A stretch of 33,610 bases of DNA from assembly GCF_006345805.1 (NCBI RefSeq), contig NW_021829654.1:1-33610 (forward strand). The letters run 5' to 3'. The notes under the pieces are model-generated. The model was not told the origin of the DNA, searched no databases, and saw nothing but the letters and a program-made list of their open reading frames with translations. Numbering within the stretch: the first letter of the stretch is position 1; each line of letters begins with the position of its first letter. Positions 1 to 11,699 of the stretch are shown in pieces. This DNA is from Octopus sinensis (Eukaryota). Both the position numbers and the translations under genes were made by a program.

Positions 1-872
1 TTTTGGCTTGAAGGGTTGGGGGGACCACATCATGTGAGAGTCGAGGACTTTCTTGTTGTTTCATTGAACAAAAAAACGCAGAAAATTGACTTGAAGGTTT
101 TGGGGACCTAACATCGAGGGGATATTATTTTTATTAAAATTTTGACAGGATGTTCTTAGAGGATATCAAACCTTTTATTGTTGCTCATTAAAATAAACTA
201 CAAAAGATTGTTGACATTTGATCTGATGGTAACAATTTGATGTGGGTGTGCACAGGACAAAACAGACAGACCCAAAAGGACTGACAGACAGACATATTCC
301 AATATTTTATTATTAATTACCTATTTAAATATTTTTGGATTTAAATTGAAATATCTTCCTAGTTATATATGTCAACGTTACAAATAATGATAAAAAAATT
401 TTTGAAGATTTTAAGACCATTTAAAAATATCCATTTCAAGATACGTCATTAAAAACCCAATATCTAAAATTTGGTATTCTTTACGGGAAACTTTTTTTCT
501 ATATACTGTATGTAATCGGTAGAACCGACTGGGATTTATATTAATTCTTTCAAATCTTAAAAATAGTTTTTTTCTTATTTTATTTTCTTTGATCAAATAT
601 AATTGCATAATAGTAGCGGGAAAAAAATAACATTCATTCTAGTTTTGTAGAAAAGCGATATTTGAGAGTTTTTTTTAGCTGTTTTATTCAACAAGAAGTC
701 AGCCTTTTCATTTTAGGAAAACATGCGTATTATCAAACAGGAAAACAGGCTTAAAAAATTAATTTTTTTAAAAAGTTTGTTAGTAAATCGGCAAAAAGCA
801 CTTAAATTTGGTTAAACAAAAAAATCACCATGGTATATAAAATAACGAAAAACAGTTAAAAAATGTTAAAAA

Positions 873-1609
<737 letters not shown>

Positions 1610-2823
1610 TTAAAAAACCTCACAAAGAATATAAAATAGCAAATAAAACAATAGATATAATTTATAAAAAATAGAAATTATTTGTAACATTTTTGAGAAT
1701 TTTTTAAAGTTGTTTTCCAAGATCAGCGGGTTCTAGAAATTTCCAGTTTTTTTAGTCTCAGTAGCGAAGGGTGAGTGTCTGTAGGGTGCCTTTAATGGTG
1801 AGTCCCAATCAAAAGTTAATAAATTGATTACTCATTATAACAAAGTCACTGAGAATTTAAAGGAAAAATAATCCAATTGTTGCAGCTCCAGTCGCTTTGC
1901 GATAGAGCGATTCTCTTGCCATTTCATCTCACGAAAGCGTTGTGATAATATCTTCAAAGATATCCGTGTACCCATTTGGGGATGCCACGGAAATGAAAGA
2001 GGTGACGGTGAACTCCTTTATGAAAGAAACAAGCAATTTCGAACTTATAACAGATCACTTCGAGAGCCATACCAGCTTTCAGTTTCCTAAGGAGTCTGGA
2101 CTCGATAACTTTTATCTTTATTGGTCGCACAGTTATCCTTCCTAGTCTTCTATTTGCACTGTAATCCTGGTACTAATCTAAGTAGTACCAGACTAAACTA
2201 GCATCTAAGCTTAGACTGAGTTATCATATTCCCGAGCAGGTTGATCGTAAGATCCTTACAATTGAAAAGGGGATTCAAAAATATATTCACTCTTACCTGA
2301 AATAGACCCAGGCGAAAATATATGCATACAGCGCTATAATGAATTTCCTTTTTCTTGGCAGCATCTAAGACGTATCCCTCTAGGAATTGTATTGTCCAAT
2401 TACTTTTCTTGACATTTCGTGTTTTTTACAATTTTTCCTACAAAACTTTTTGATACAAAGTTTATTATCATGCTGATTTTATGTAGTCAACAATGATATT
2501 CCACTTATAATGTTGAATGCCGTTTTTGAAATTTAAACTTTATCAGATTTTATTGACTTTTTATTTTAATATGCACTCAAAGAATAAGTAGGTATAGCAT
2601 CCTATTCTGGTTATTATTTATTTAATTATTTTCATTTTATATTTTCAAAACGATCCATGTATAATATTGTTTTCTTTTGTCTTTAGATACACGAGCATTA
2701 AATAAAACCTAATATTGATAATATAAAATGAACTAAGTCTATAATTATTTCTAATAGTAGAATTTAAAAAGTGGCAAGTTTACGTTTTACCTGAAAAAAT
2801 ATCGTCAGAATTAGTAAGATTAA

Positions 2824-5384
2824 TCAGCTGTCGATTTGTACGACAAGTTTAAATGGGACATAATTTAAATGATTATTTTTATGTTTGTTTCTTTTTTGGC
2901 CAGTCCGAATCTTTCTTTTTTGAGAATGTACGGATACAAATAGACCAATTCTTCCAAATCCATTAAAATCTCTTCCAATGACCTAATCGCCAAATCCTTA
3001 CTTGTGAATGGATACAGAGACCGAAATTGACGTTCCCCTAAATTTTTATTCTGTTCATATAAGTTATACCAGTGGTATCATCTGATGAGACCCATGCGAC
3101 ACTGATCCCACCCAATTCATCGTCAACAAATCTTAGTAAAAAAGTCCCATCAACGCAGGAATCCAACAATTCATAGGCTTTCTCTACAGAGATGAATCCA
3201 TAAATAGATCTGAGAATTATAAATAAAACATAAACTCGTTAATCCACAAATCTTTTAAATATTCCTTGATAAGTCGAATTATTCCCCAAAGCCATTCCCA
3301 GAATGTGAAAGGCAGTCCGCTCATCAATTCTTTTGAAAATTGGATTCGATATACTATTTCTTGTTCACCATTAGTTAATTGTTCTCCGCCAAATATATTA
3401 AAGGAAACGCAAAAAACCAATTTTGTTCGTGAGATAATGAAATTCTCTTGTGTCAAATTGCTTTCCTGTAAACAAATGCATTTTTTCGTTGACAGCATAG
3501 AAAAGAGTACGCCAATCAACAGAAGCTGGGACATCGAACGGAGTTCTTCCATAATCTGAAAAGCATCTATCCCAGAGAATTGTTGCCATTGCATTACATT
3601 CCTGGTTACCGTGTACAATAACTACAATTGGAAGAGAAAATGTCTAGAATGACAAATAATTTTAATTACCCAGATCTCAAATATTAATTCTTTTCCAATC
3701 GTTAGAGACGATTGACATAATAGAGCAAATTTTTCTTCGGTCACAGACTATTGAAGTAAAAGGAAAGTATGTAAAAATTGAAATATAATTAATTTAAATA
3801 AAAAGTAAACCTCGGAATGTTTTCTATCGCTTCGTTTAATTTTTTTCAGGACCTAATATAAAAAAAACAAAATCTACCAAGTTCTTAAAGTTAGCAGCCA
3901 CCGAATTATTAGCACTATTAAACTCCATGATCCCTGAGCTGTTTATAATCTCCCCTGCCTTCCTATCAATTCCATTGTCCATCATAATAAGACCAGCTTG
4001 TGCCTCACTTAAATAAATCGACATTCCTGTATACCTTATTATTGATATATCCACTTTGGGAGGATTTAGACATAAATAAAATCTCCCTCCAACCAAAATT
4101 CGTACAGAAATGGAAAACTTTGAATCTTTTTTGAGAACTTGAGGAGGCTGTTTTTCCACTACAAAGGTGCCAGATATCAGAGAAGACAAAAGAGAAGTCA
4201 CCGAGTCGATCATTTCCTGCCAATTTTGGGCATTATTTTCTATGTATAACTGATTCCATATAAAGTGGCATTTCTGTAACTGAGAACGAAACACCAGATC
4301 TGGTCGGCCAAAGTCTCACAGCTTTTTGTGTGAAAATACTAATATACTACAGTGGTTGTATTTCGTCAAGAAGTCGGGTTTTTACATTGATGTCGATGTT
4401 TTTTTGCTGTGCGCATTTCCATTTGACGAGTTCTTTAGTAAGTATGGAGTTATGTACGGCAGCAAGTTTAAGGAGAATTGAATTTTGGTTTCCTTGAATA
4501 CTCTAAAATAAATTTTAAACAAATATCATTACATGGCGCTTGTTTCTGATTTCATGTAGTATAAAGGTTGAGTTTATAGAAAAATTGTCTACTGATTGGT
4601 TATTTTATTTCAAAAATATTAATAAATTAAAAATATATTACTATTGAATAATAAATTAATAAATAATTTATAAATTAAATTTAGTTAATAGTAATAAAAA
4701 ACCACGGCTCGTTTGTTCTCGTTTTTCATTTAAAAATAGTTCCTGTTGAGTGTGTGCGTTCGCCATTAAATTATCGCTGTCCTTTTAATATGAATAAAAT
4801 TAATAAACTCGAAGTAAAGAATTTATGGATTCCAACTCTAGCTGAATTTTTTGTGTTTCTATAAAATATATAGTTTCCTGTGGAAACTTCTTAACCATCA
4901 CCATATTCAAACAAACCAAAACATTACATGGGCGCTTTGGACATTGGATAGAATTTTCCGTCGAAATTTTTCTCAGATTATATATACTGTCTCGTTCATT
5001 CTCCAAATCTCTCCTCAATGCTTGCACAAACTCTGACGAATTTACTTTTTCCTAAATTTTAACTAATTGCTTTTTATCAACGTTGAAATAAGCGAGGCTT
5101 TCTGATAAACATGATTTAATGTGTGCATTTTCGGCTTGAGAAGAAAGTTTAATTCCTATCTGTTTTTTGAGCTCTGAAACAAATTCTTCCGAAAAAGCTT
5201 CGAATTGCGAGCTGTTCACGTCCATAGAATTCCTTTAAGTGAGAGCGCTGGCCTAACCAGTTATGGACTCTATCCAAGTAGATAGTTCTTGTCTCACGTA
5301 AAAAGGGAGCACACCTCGGTAGTGATATTTTGCTTTTTCCTCGTTATTGTCCACAGAATTCAGAAAGATTTTCCATAATGACAT
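2824..5384 (-). CDS. STAT: STAT transcription factor (STAT5/6-like), about 14 exons; three single-base frame breaks as assembled (near 5261, 4290, 2895)
   Basis: N-domain MSLW...LPFYVRQELSTWIES; coiled coil LDEIQPLCETLADQIW; DNA-binding domain TFVVEKQPPQVLK, SVTEEKF, FSLPIVVIVHGNQECNAMATILWD; linker PFTFWEWL; SH2 domain IYGFIS...GTFLLRF...GGISVAWV...YPFT...LYP; tail NYVPFKLVVQI. Introns are mostly 25-34 nt. Confidence 0.92.
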
Positions 5385-5886
5385 TTCAGTAAAATTCTGA
5401 AAATATAACCAATTCATAGACAACTAACACTTGCAGGTAATTCGCAGATTAGCGCAGAATTCATGTTAAATGCTGTTACAATTCCTGACCTCTTTATGCA
5501 TTTCCTTTTCGTCATTCATTGATATTCCTGACTAATTTGTCACTTAATAATTTGCTAGTTTGATCTAGTGGATTTTCATCTAAGTGGGGGGAGAAGTCAT
5601 AAATGTGGGTGAACTAGGTATCTTGGAATATTATAAAAATCTCCGTTTGAAATAAATAACTTCGAAATTATAGAAATCATATATTAATGACTTTATATTA
5701 AAAAAATAAATTTTATCTAGAAATTAAAAAATCTGAAAATTAATTCGGACATAACCTCAGAAAATTTTAATGATAATAAATGTAATTAAAAATTTTACAA
5801 AATAAAATACTTTAAATTAATTATTTTATTTCAATGTTGGTTGTTAAGCAATTTTTTTCAATTGTAAAATTTAGCTGATTCAGAAA

Positions 5887-6804
5887 ATGAAGAAAAAGCA
5901 GGCTATTATTGAACTTTTTGACAGTAAGAAAGTCATTTTAAAGTCTTAAGGTATTTCCAACGTCCATCTGTTTGTTGGGTTTTACTTATTTACAATACTT
6001 ATTTCTTTTATTGCGTTAATAGTTATTTTCCGAATTACCTTACAATTCTTTTTTTGATTTGGCTTTTTATTATAATTTTTGGTTTTTGGTCATCTCCCTG
6101 TTGATATACTTTTTTGTATATTGGATCGGACCTGGATGTACAGTCAAAAATAGTCTCAACCTTGATAGAATTAAAGCTTTTTTTATTTTTAAATAATTTT
6201 TAGGATATAAATTCAGTAGATATAACTAGTGGATGCGTAGATTCTGATTCGGTTACTATTTGTGCTCAATGTTGTTCTATTGTAATGAATATTGTTTACG
6301 AATTTTAGAAAAAAATACGTTCAAGACACTGTTACTCTTGTCGGATTTGCGTACAAAAATATGATCATCACTGTTATTTTCTCGGTTGTTGCATTGGTAG
6401 GAAAAATCATTTTTTATTTGTTATTCTTCTTGTAATGTATTCTTTGCAATCATGGTGGGCCGTTAGAAATATATTGTAAAAATCGATTTTTTAATTTTTT
6501 TAGTTCTCTAGTGGTTTGGTCATTTTCAATTTCCTTAAAAAATTATCTTCTTATTTTATTGCTTTATGTATGTTTCGGGGTTGCCATAAGTACATCTGGA
6601 TTGTCACTTTTTCATTGTCTTCTTATAATTACTAATCAGACAACATGGGAGTTCTGTACAACTAATCCTTCTCATATTTGGTACATGAATAAATTGGGTT
6701 GTCTTAATGGAGCCAATCCTTTTGACCGTGGAATCATTCTTAATTGTTTTCAAGAAATTTTTCAGTCTGATGACATACCGGATTATCACTCTTTTAAGTG
6801 TTAG
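5887..6804 (+). CDS. ZDHHC12: DHHC palmitoyltransferase, ZDHHC12-like; 5' exon structure uncertain
   Basis: Spliced reading CAQCCSIKKIRSRHCYSCRICVQKYDHHCYFLGCCIGRKNH is the DHHC-CRD. TTWEF and NPFDRG motifs and a TM ending LLIYFFVYWIGPG resemble ZDHHC12. Introns 6282-6308 and 6476-6503 restore the frame; stop TAG at 6802-6804. Confidence 0.85.
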
Positions 6805-7380
6805 TTACCTTTATTTCAAGAAATTAATGTTATGTTCAATAATTAGAAAAAACGATATAAAAAATTATTTTTAGTTAAGACCGTGAAGCGCTTGTACGAT
6901 TAACGAGACATTTTTTCTATTGATGGCCAGATAGATCCTTTGGAAAAGCCAAAAGATTTTCTGTAGTTTGTTTATTTACTTAAAAATGAGGAAATTTCTT
7001 GAATGAGGAATGACGTCTATGCATGCTTTTTACATAGAACATTTTTCGTCCGACCAGGAAAAATGGTGGTTGCATTTGGCCATTTCGTATCTCCACGGTC
7101 TAAACATACAAGTTTTAACTGAGTGGGAATGTAAAACAATTGCGCTTATTTTCACATTTCGATCAAGCCCTTCGAAGCTCTGTCTGCAAGAGAAGTATGT
7201 AAGTCTTTTGGTCGACAGAACAACTAAAGCTACAGAGAAACAGATATTTAGTTTGATATAAAGAAATGAACATGATCCACTTTCTGATAATGCCAAATTA
7301 ACCTAAATGTAAATTTACTCTAGTTCTAAGCTGTGTTTTGTCACATAATAAGCAATTAATCATATCTGGTATCCATGTAA

Positions 7381-7460
7381 TATAGTCAACCCCGTCTATA
7401 GTGAACAAAATGTTCAGGTGAAAACATCACGTTTATTATTCTCTATAGTGAACAAAAAAT
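7381..7460 (+). mobile_element. Possible isolated pogo/Tigger-type terminal sequence
   Basis: TATAGTCAACCCCGTCTATAGTGAAC with a repeated CTCTATAGTGAAC (about 7441) resembles the CAGTCAAACC-type end at 23147/24240. No partner end was found. Confidence 0.3.
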
Positions 7461-8009
7461 AGAACAAGGAATCAAAGTAACAATCAAAATTAAGGGAAAA
7501 AGAGTTCGACGTTACTAAACTATAAATCACGTGAGTGTGCAGTAGCATTATCAAAAAAATTAGAATTTTTCTTTTGTGCAAAATCATTTTTTTATTCAAT
7601 TGTAACGTTGTAAAGACTGTAAAACGTGTTATTTATTCATTTTAAAGAATTTTGAATATACAGATGTAAAAATATTAATATTAAACGTCGCGCTCCATGC
7701 AGGTTACACAGATTTTGATCATTACAGTTTGACCTTGATTTTTTAGGATATTGACATCTTAAATCTAAAATCAATTAACTAGAATTTATCCAAAAAAATT
7801 AACTACAATTAATTTACTATCATTCATAAATCAAATTATCCGTGTTAGAAAAATGCATATTAAAATTATGATTAGAACATGCCAAGAGTATAATGATATT
7901 GTTTCGTATGTACAATGGAAGACCATCACCCAAAATTTTACCAGAATGAAGAAATTTCGATTTATTAAGAAGCCTAATCTTTTCTTGTTAGAAGACTTAA
8001 TACTTTTTA

Positions 8010-8635
8010 CAAATTACGAGGCTCATTAACAAGGTATTGCTTAGAACGACATTCAGAATGTATGAAGTAGCACTTGACTACTCATTACGGAATCAATAAA
8101 CAAAAAGAATTTTGCGAAAATTGTTATTTCACTATTAAAAGGTTTATTATACGTTAAATATGTTTCAAATGCACAGCATGTGCACAAAGCCAACTTTAAA
8201 AGCTCAAATTCCTATGATTCACATTAAACTAAAGTTTCCTCGAGAAAGATTTCAAATGGACATCGTGGATTTAAGTTGATAATGGCTTTAACTATATATC
8301 TAATATTAGTGACGTATATTCCAAATTTTGTTTTCCAAAAGCTATCGTCTTAAAAGAGGCGACTGTGATTTGTTCGGCTTTAAGAATTATCTTTTATTGT
8401 TTTGGACCTCTTTAGATTTCACGATCTGACACTTCCAAAGAGTTGAAAAATGAACTAGTAAATTCTTTATGCACAGAATTTAACATTTTATAAAAGTTTA
8501 GTCGTTGGTTACAAAAAACTTTTTATAGAACTAAATAAAAAATGGATTTCATATTTGGACTGAGTAGTGTACGATTATAATAAAAGCCTGCATTTTTCCA
8601 CGAAGAAAACCCCCTTTTATCTATCTTATGGAAGT
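8010..8635 (+). mobile_element. Degenerate retroviral-type (Gin/Ginger/Gypsy-like) integrase relic
   Basis: Fragments PRERFQMDIVDL, DVYSKFCF, SDTSKELKNELV and YDYNKSLHFSTKKTPF follow the integrase core order. There are multiple stops and frameshifts. Confidence 0.7.
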
Positions 8636-8699
8636 AAAGGATAAAACGTTTATATCCGCTATCCATAGCGATTTCCGTAAGGGAAATCGACTTCTGACG

Positions 8700-9575
8700 T
8701 CGTTTGGAGCAATAGATGGTGATGTCCCACTATTTAACAGTTCAAAAATGCGACAAGCATTTTCGGAATCGATATGTAAGAGCTTTTGACTCTATCAATC
8801 GTCCGAAATTGATGAATGTTCTTACAGAATTACTTCACAAATCTTCAACCTGGATGATCAGGGCACTCTTATCAGAAATCTATCGGGCAGGATACGAGAC
8901 AAGTGCTCTTTACAATTTGAAATAACATCGGGAACACCTCAAGGGAATTTTCTATCTCTCATGCTGTTTGTCATATATTGGAAAAGTGCTGGATTTTTTT
9001 TCGACAGGAATGCTCTAGAAAGCATATTGGAGGTGATGCCAAATAAACTCCCGAAGTGGTTCCTCATTTTAAATGCAGAGAAAATAAAATTTACTGAACT
9101 TGTCAGACAAATGTCTGAGCTGGACGAACACTTAAGAAAAGCTAAGAAACCTGGATCTCTATTGGGAGATAAAAAAAGACGTAATTATGCGGAAAACACA
9201 CGCAAACAACGCACTACGTATCCTAAAGGAAAATTGGAACATGAGGACTTTTTGATACGAACAATCCAATCTAGAATCGACCAACTTCGGAGTACTCTAG
9301 TCTGCGAATCGCATTCGAGGCTCAGCAATAAAACGGTTTATGCCAGGACGTTAAGCAAACCAATCTCTTTCGAAATTACAGCATGCAGATAGAAGCTCTA
9401 AATGTATTTGGAGGCACCGGTCACCACGCTATGGAGGACTATTTCGAAGTTTCCGTGGACGTCCAAAAAATACTCTCCCGGTTACACTGGACAGAGACCT
9501 CCGGAGGATGGAAAAAAATCTCTAGGACGGGGACGATTTTGACGCATTATGGGACGTCTCCCATGACAGACTGAA
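8700..9575 (+). mobile_element. Non-LTR retrotransposon reverse transcriptase relic
   Basis: AFDSINRPKL, GTPQGNFLSLMLFVIY, LILNAEK and KKPGSLLGD motifs occur in RT order across broken frames. Confidence 0.75.
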
Positions 9576-9631
9576 ATGGACCAGATTGATTACTTTTATT
9601 GTTTCCTGTGCTGCATAAGCTTTGTCATGAT

Positions 9632-11486
9632 TAGGGCAACCAATTGCAATTTTTTGCAATTAAATATAATTTAATTAAAATTCGATAAATAATAAAGTAA
9701 TGAATAGACATTAATTTTAATTATATTTTTATTCGATTTAAATTTGCAATTTTTTGCAATTTTTTGTAGTCATTTTACAATTTTTTGCAATTTTTTAAAT
9801 TAAAAAAAAAATTTTTTATTAAAAAATAATATAATTAAAGTAAAAGATTATTAAACGTGTTTTAGTTGTTGTTGTAATGGGTAAAAGGACAGTGTCACAG
9901 AAAATTTCATTTTATGCAAAGAAATTCCCGAGTTTGTTATTGACAGTGAAGGGAATTTATTTTGCTCCAATTGCTCAACTGTTGTACGGTGTGACACAAA
10001 ATTTTTTGTTGATGCGCACCGTTCTTCAAAAAAACATTTAAAAGCACACAGTATTTCTTTGAATTTAAATTTATAGAATGGACAAATTCATCTCAGAGTT
10101 CACAAACATTTCTTTCGGCGATAACGGATACTCGAAAGGATTGGGGGATCAAAGTAACACAAGCGTTTTGGAGGCAAACATACCAATTTATAAAATCAGA
10201 CATCCTTCCCTCATACGGTTTTGAGCAGGAAACATATCCTTTGCCATCTGAATCATCTTGCAGGTTAAATGTTAAAGAAATATCAAATATAAAATTAATA
10301 CCATTCAGACTCATTTACTGTTGTTTTTTTAAGTTATTCAATAGTGGGGAATGTGTTTTTTTGTTTGTGATGAAGCCCAAATCAATGGAACTCGTTTTTT
10401 AATTACTTTGATTGGGAAAATCTCCACTCCAAAAAATCTTCATTTAGTATCGTGTACCAATCTATATTATCCGCCTACTACTTCAACAATTTGTGTTGAG
10501 GTGGACAAAGTAATAAAAAAATTTTCTATTGAACGTGAAAATTTTATATTATTCGTTACAGATGGGGCGAGATATATGACCAGTGGTATATATAAATAAA
10601 TTTAATTTTAGCTGGGGCATCAATGAAATTGATATACCAAAATCTTTTCCACGTGACTTGCGTGTCACATTTATTGCACAACTGTGCTCTAAAGATTAAG
10701 GCATACTTCGCAGATGTTGATGAATTGATTTCGTCTATAAAGGCTGCCACAGTCAAAAACAAGAGACGTTTGGAGATGTTTTCACGAATCGGAAATCCAC
10801 CCGAAGTTGTGGTTACAAGATGTGGTTACAAGATGGGGAAGCTGGCAAAAGCAGCAAAATATTACTCCCAGAATCTTCCAGAAATTATAAAATCGTATCT
10901 GAATTTGAAGGAGATGGAGTTTTAATACAAAATGTTTTAGTTTTTAATTATTTTAGGCAAAAAATCAGTGAATAATCCTACGTTGTTTCCAAGCTTAACC
11001 CAAATCAGTTCAAATTATTTGGGATTAATTGAAATGATTTCAAATACTGAATTGCTTGATTACTCCATTGCAACAGCTTATGGTGATCTAAACACCCTAG
11101 ACTTTACATCAGATCCATGCGACATAAAATCCTATATATCAAAAAAGCTTGAGAAATCAGGAATACTAAGTATTCTTGAATTCTCAAATAAGAATCTATC
11201 GCCAGAAGTTTATTCACATCTCAGAAAATGTAGCGCAAGTTCGCAAGTTCAGCATCTATCGAAAGGGCAATATCTCTTTTGACGAAAATTCTTAGTAAAG
11301 AGAGGAACTTTAAACCTGAAAATGTTCAGGAATATTTGATTTCCTATTACAATAAATAATTTCGTTAATTTTTTGCATAATGTAATGTTTACAATTAAAA
11401 AAAATTATTTTTGCAATTTTTTACAATTTTTAAAATTCATTTTTGCAATTTTTTTTATTAAAAAGTGCAATTTTTTGGTTGCCCTA
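9632..11486 (+). mobile_element. hAT-family DNA transposon, CGGBP1/DUF659-like transposase, both ends present
   Basis: TIR TAGGGCAACC (9632) / GGTTGCCCTA (11477-11486); perfect 8-bp TSD GTCATGAT (9624-9631 and 11487-11494); TTGCAAT subterminal repeats at both ends. Coding pieces: BED-like finger LFCSNC...HRSSKKH, AF(L)EANIP, FVTDGARYM, CVSHLLHN, PPEVVVTR, SASIER. Confidence 0.9.
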
Positions 11487-11699
11487 GTCATGATCCATTG
11501 CATCGTGAAACTGCATAAGACTTTTATTAATAAAAAGAAACTAATTAATTTCTCAATTAACTTCAAAGCCTTTGAATTGAACAGATTATGGCGGACCACA
11601 CACCTCCTTTCTTTCTTCAACCTTTTCTCTGGGTCTGTAGACCTCCTAGAAAGTACAGTCCACCGCCTCTCGCTGACTAAATGTCAGGAAAGAACTAAA

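Noticed and set aside
1-320. Imperfect repeat TTGAAGG(G/T)TT..GGGGACC..ACATC (twice) and an ACAG-repeat tail resembling non-autonomous Helitron/DINE-type ends
   Set aside because: Only two degenerate units, the 5' part is outside the window, and no hairpin or terminus could be confirmed.
411-608. Minus-strand 65-aa ORF with PSRFY and FLMTYLEMD segments
   Set aside because: Faint resemblance to Penelope RT or kinase motifs, but no second supporting motif.
1790-2560. Moderately GC-rich tract with short ORFs between TGS1 and STAT
   Set aside because: No recognisable domain in any frame and frames are interrupted by stops; probably an old TE relic but unsupported.
5385-5410. AG acceptor-like sites just upstream of the ATGs of STAT, ZDHHC12, MDH1B and the Ig gene, suggesting SL trans-splicing
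   Set aside because: TTAG/TCAG is common in this AT-rich DNA and ordinary 5'UTR micro-introns explain the sites equally well; 5' transcript data are needed.
5979-6030. Possible fourth host-gene frameshift in the first ZDHHC12 TM segment
   Set aside because: Alternative splice models (e.g. a 44-nt intron at 5979-6022) also join the frames, so the lesion cannot be established.
3266-6789. Track ORFs 3266-3559, 4005-4223, 4851-5036 and 6604-6789, and likewise 22183-22536, 25080-25262, 31304-31627 and 31763-32095
   Set aside because: Antisense or alternate-frame shadows of real coding regions.
6880-7370. ORFs 7010-7261 (+) and 7030-7296 (-)
   Set aside because: No identifiable motif; likely a decayed element.
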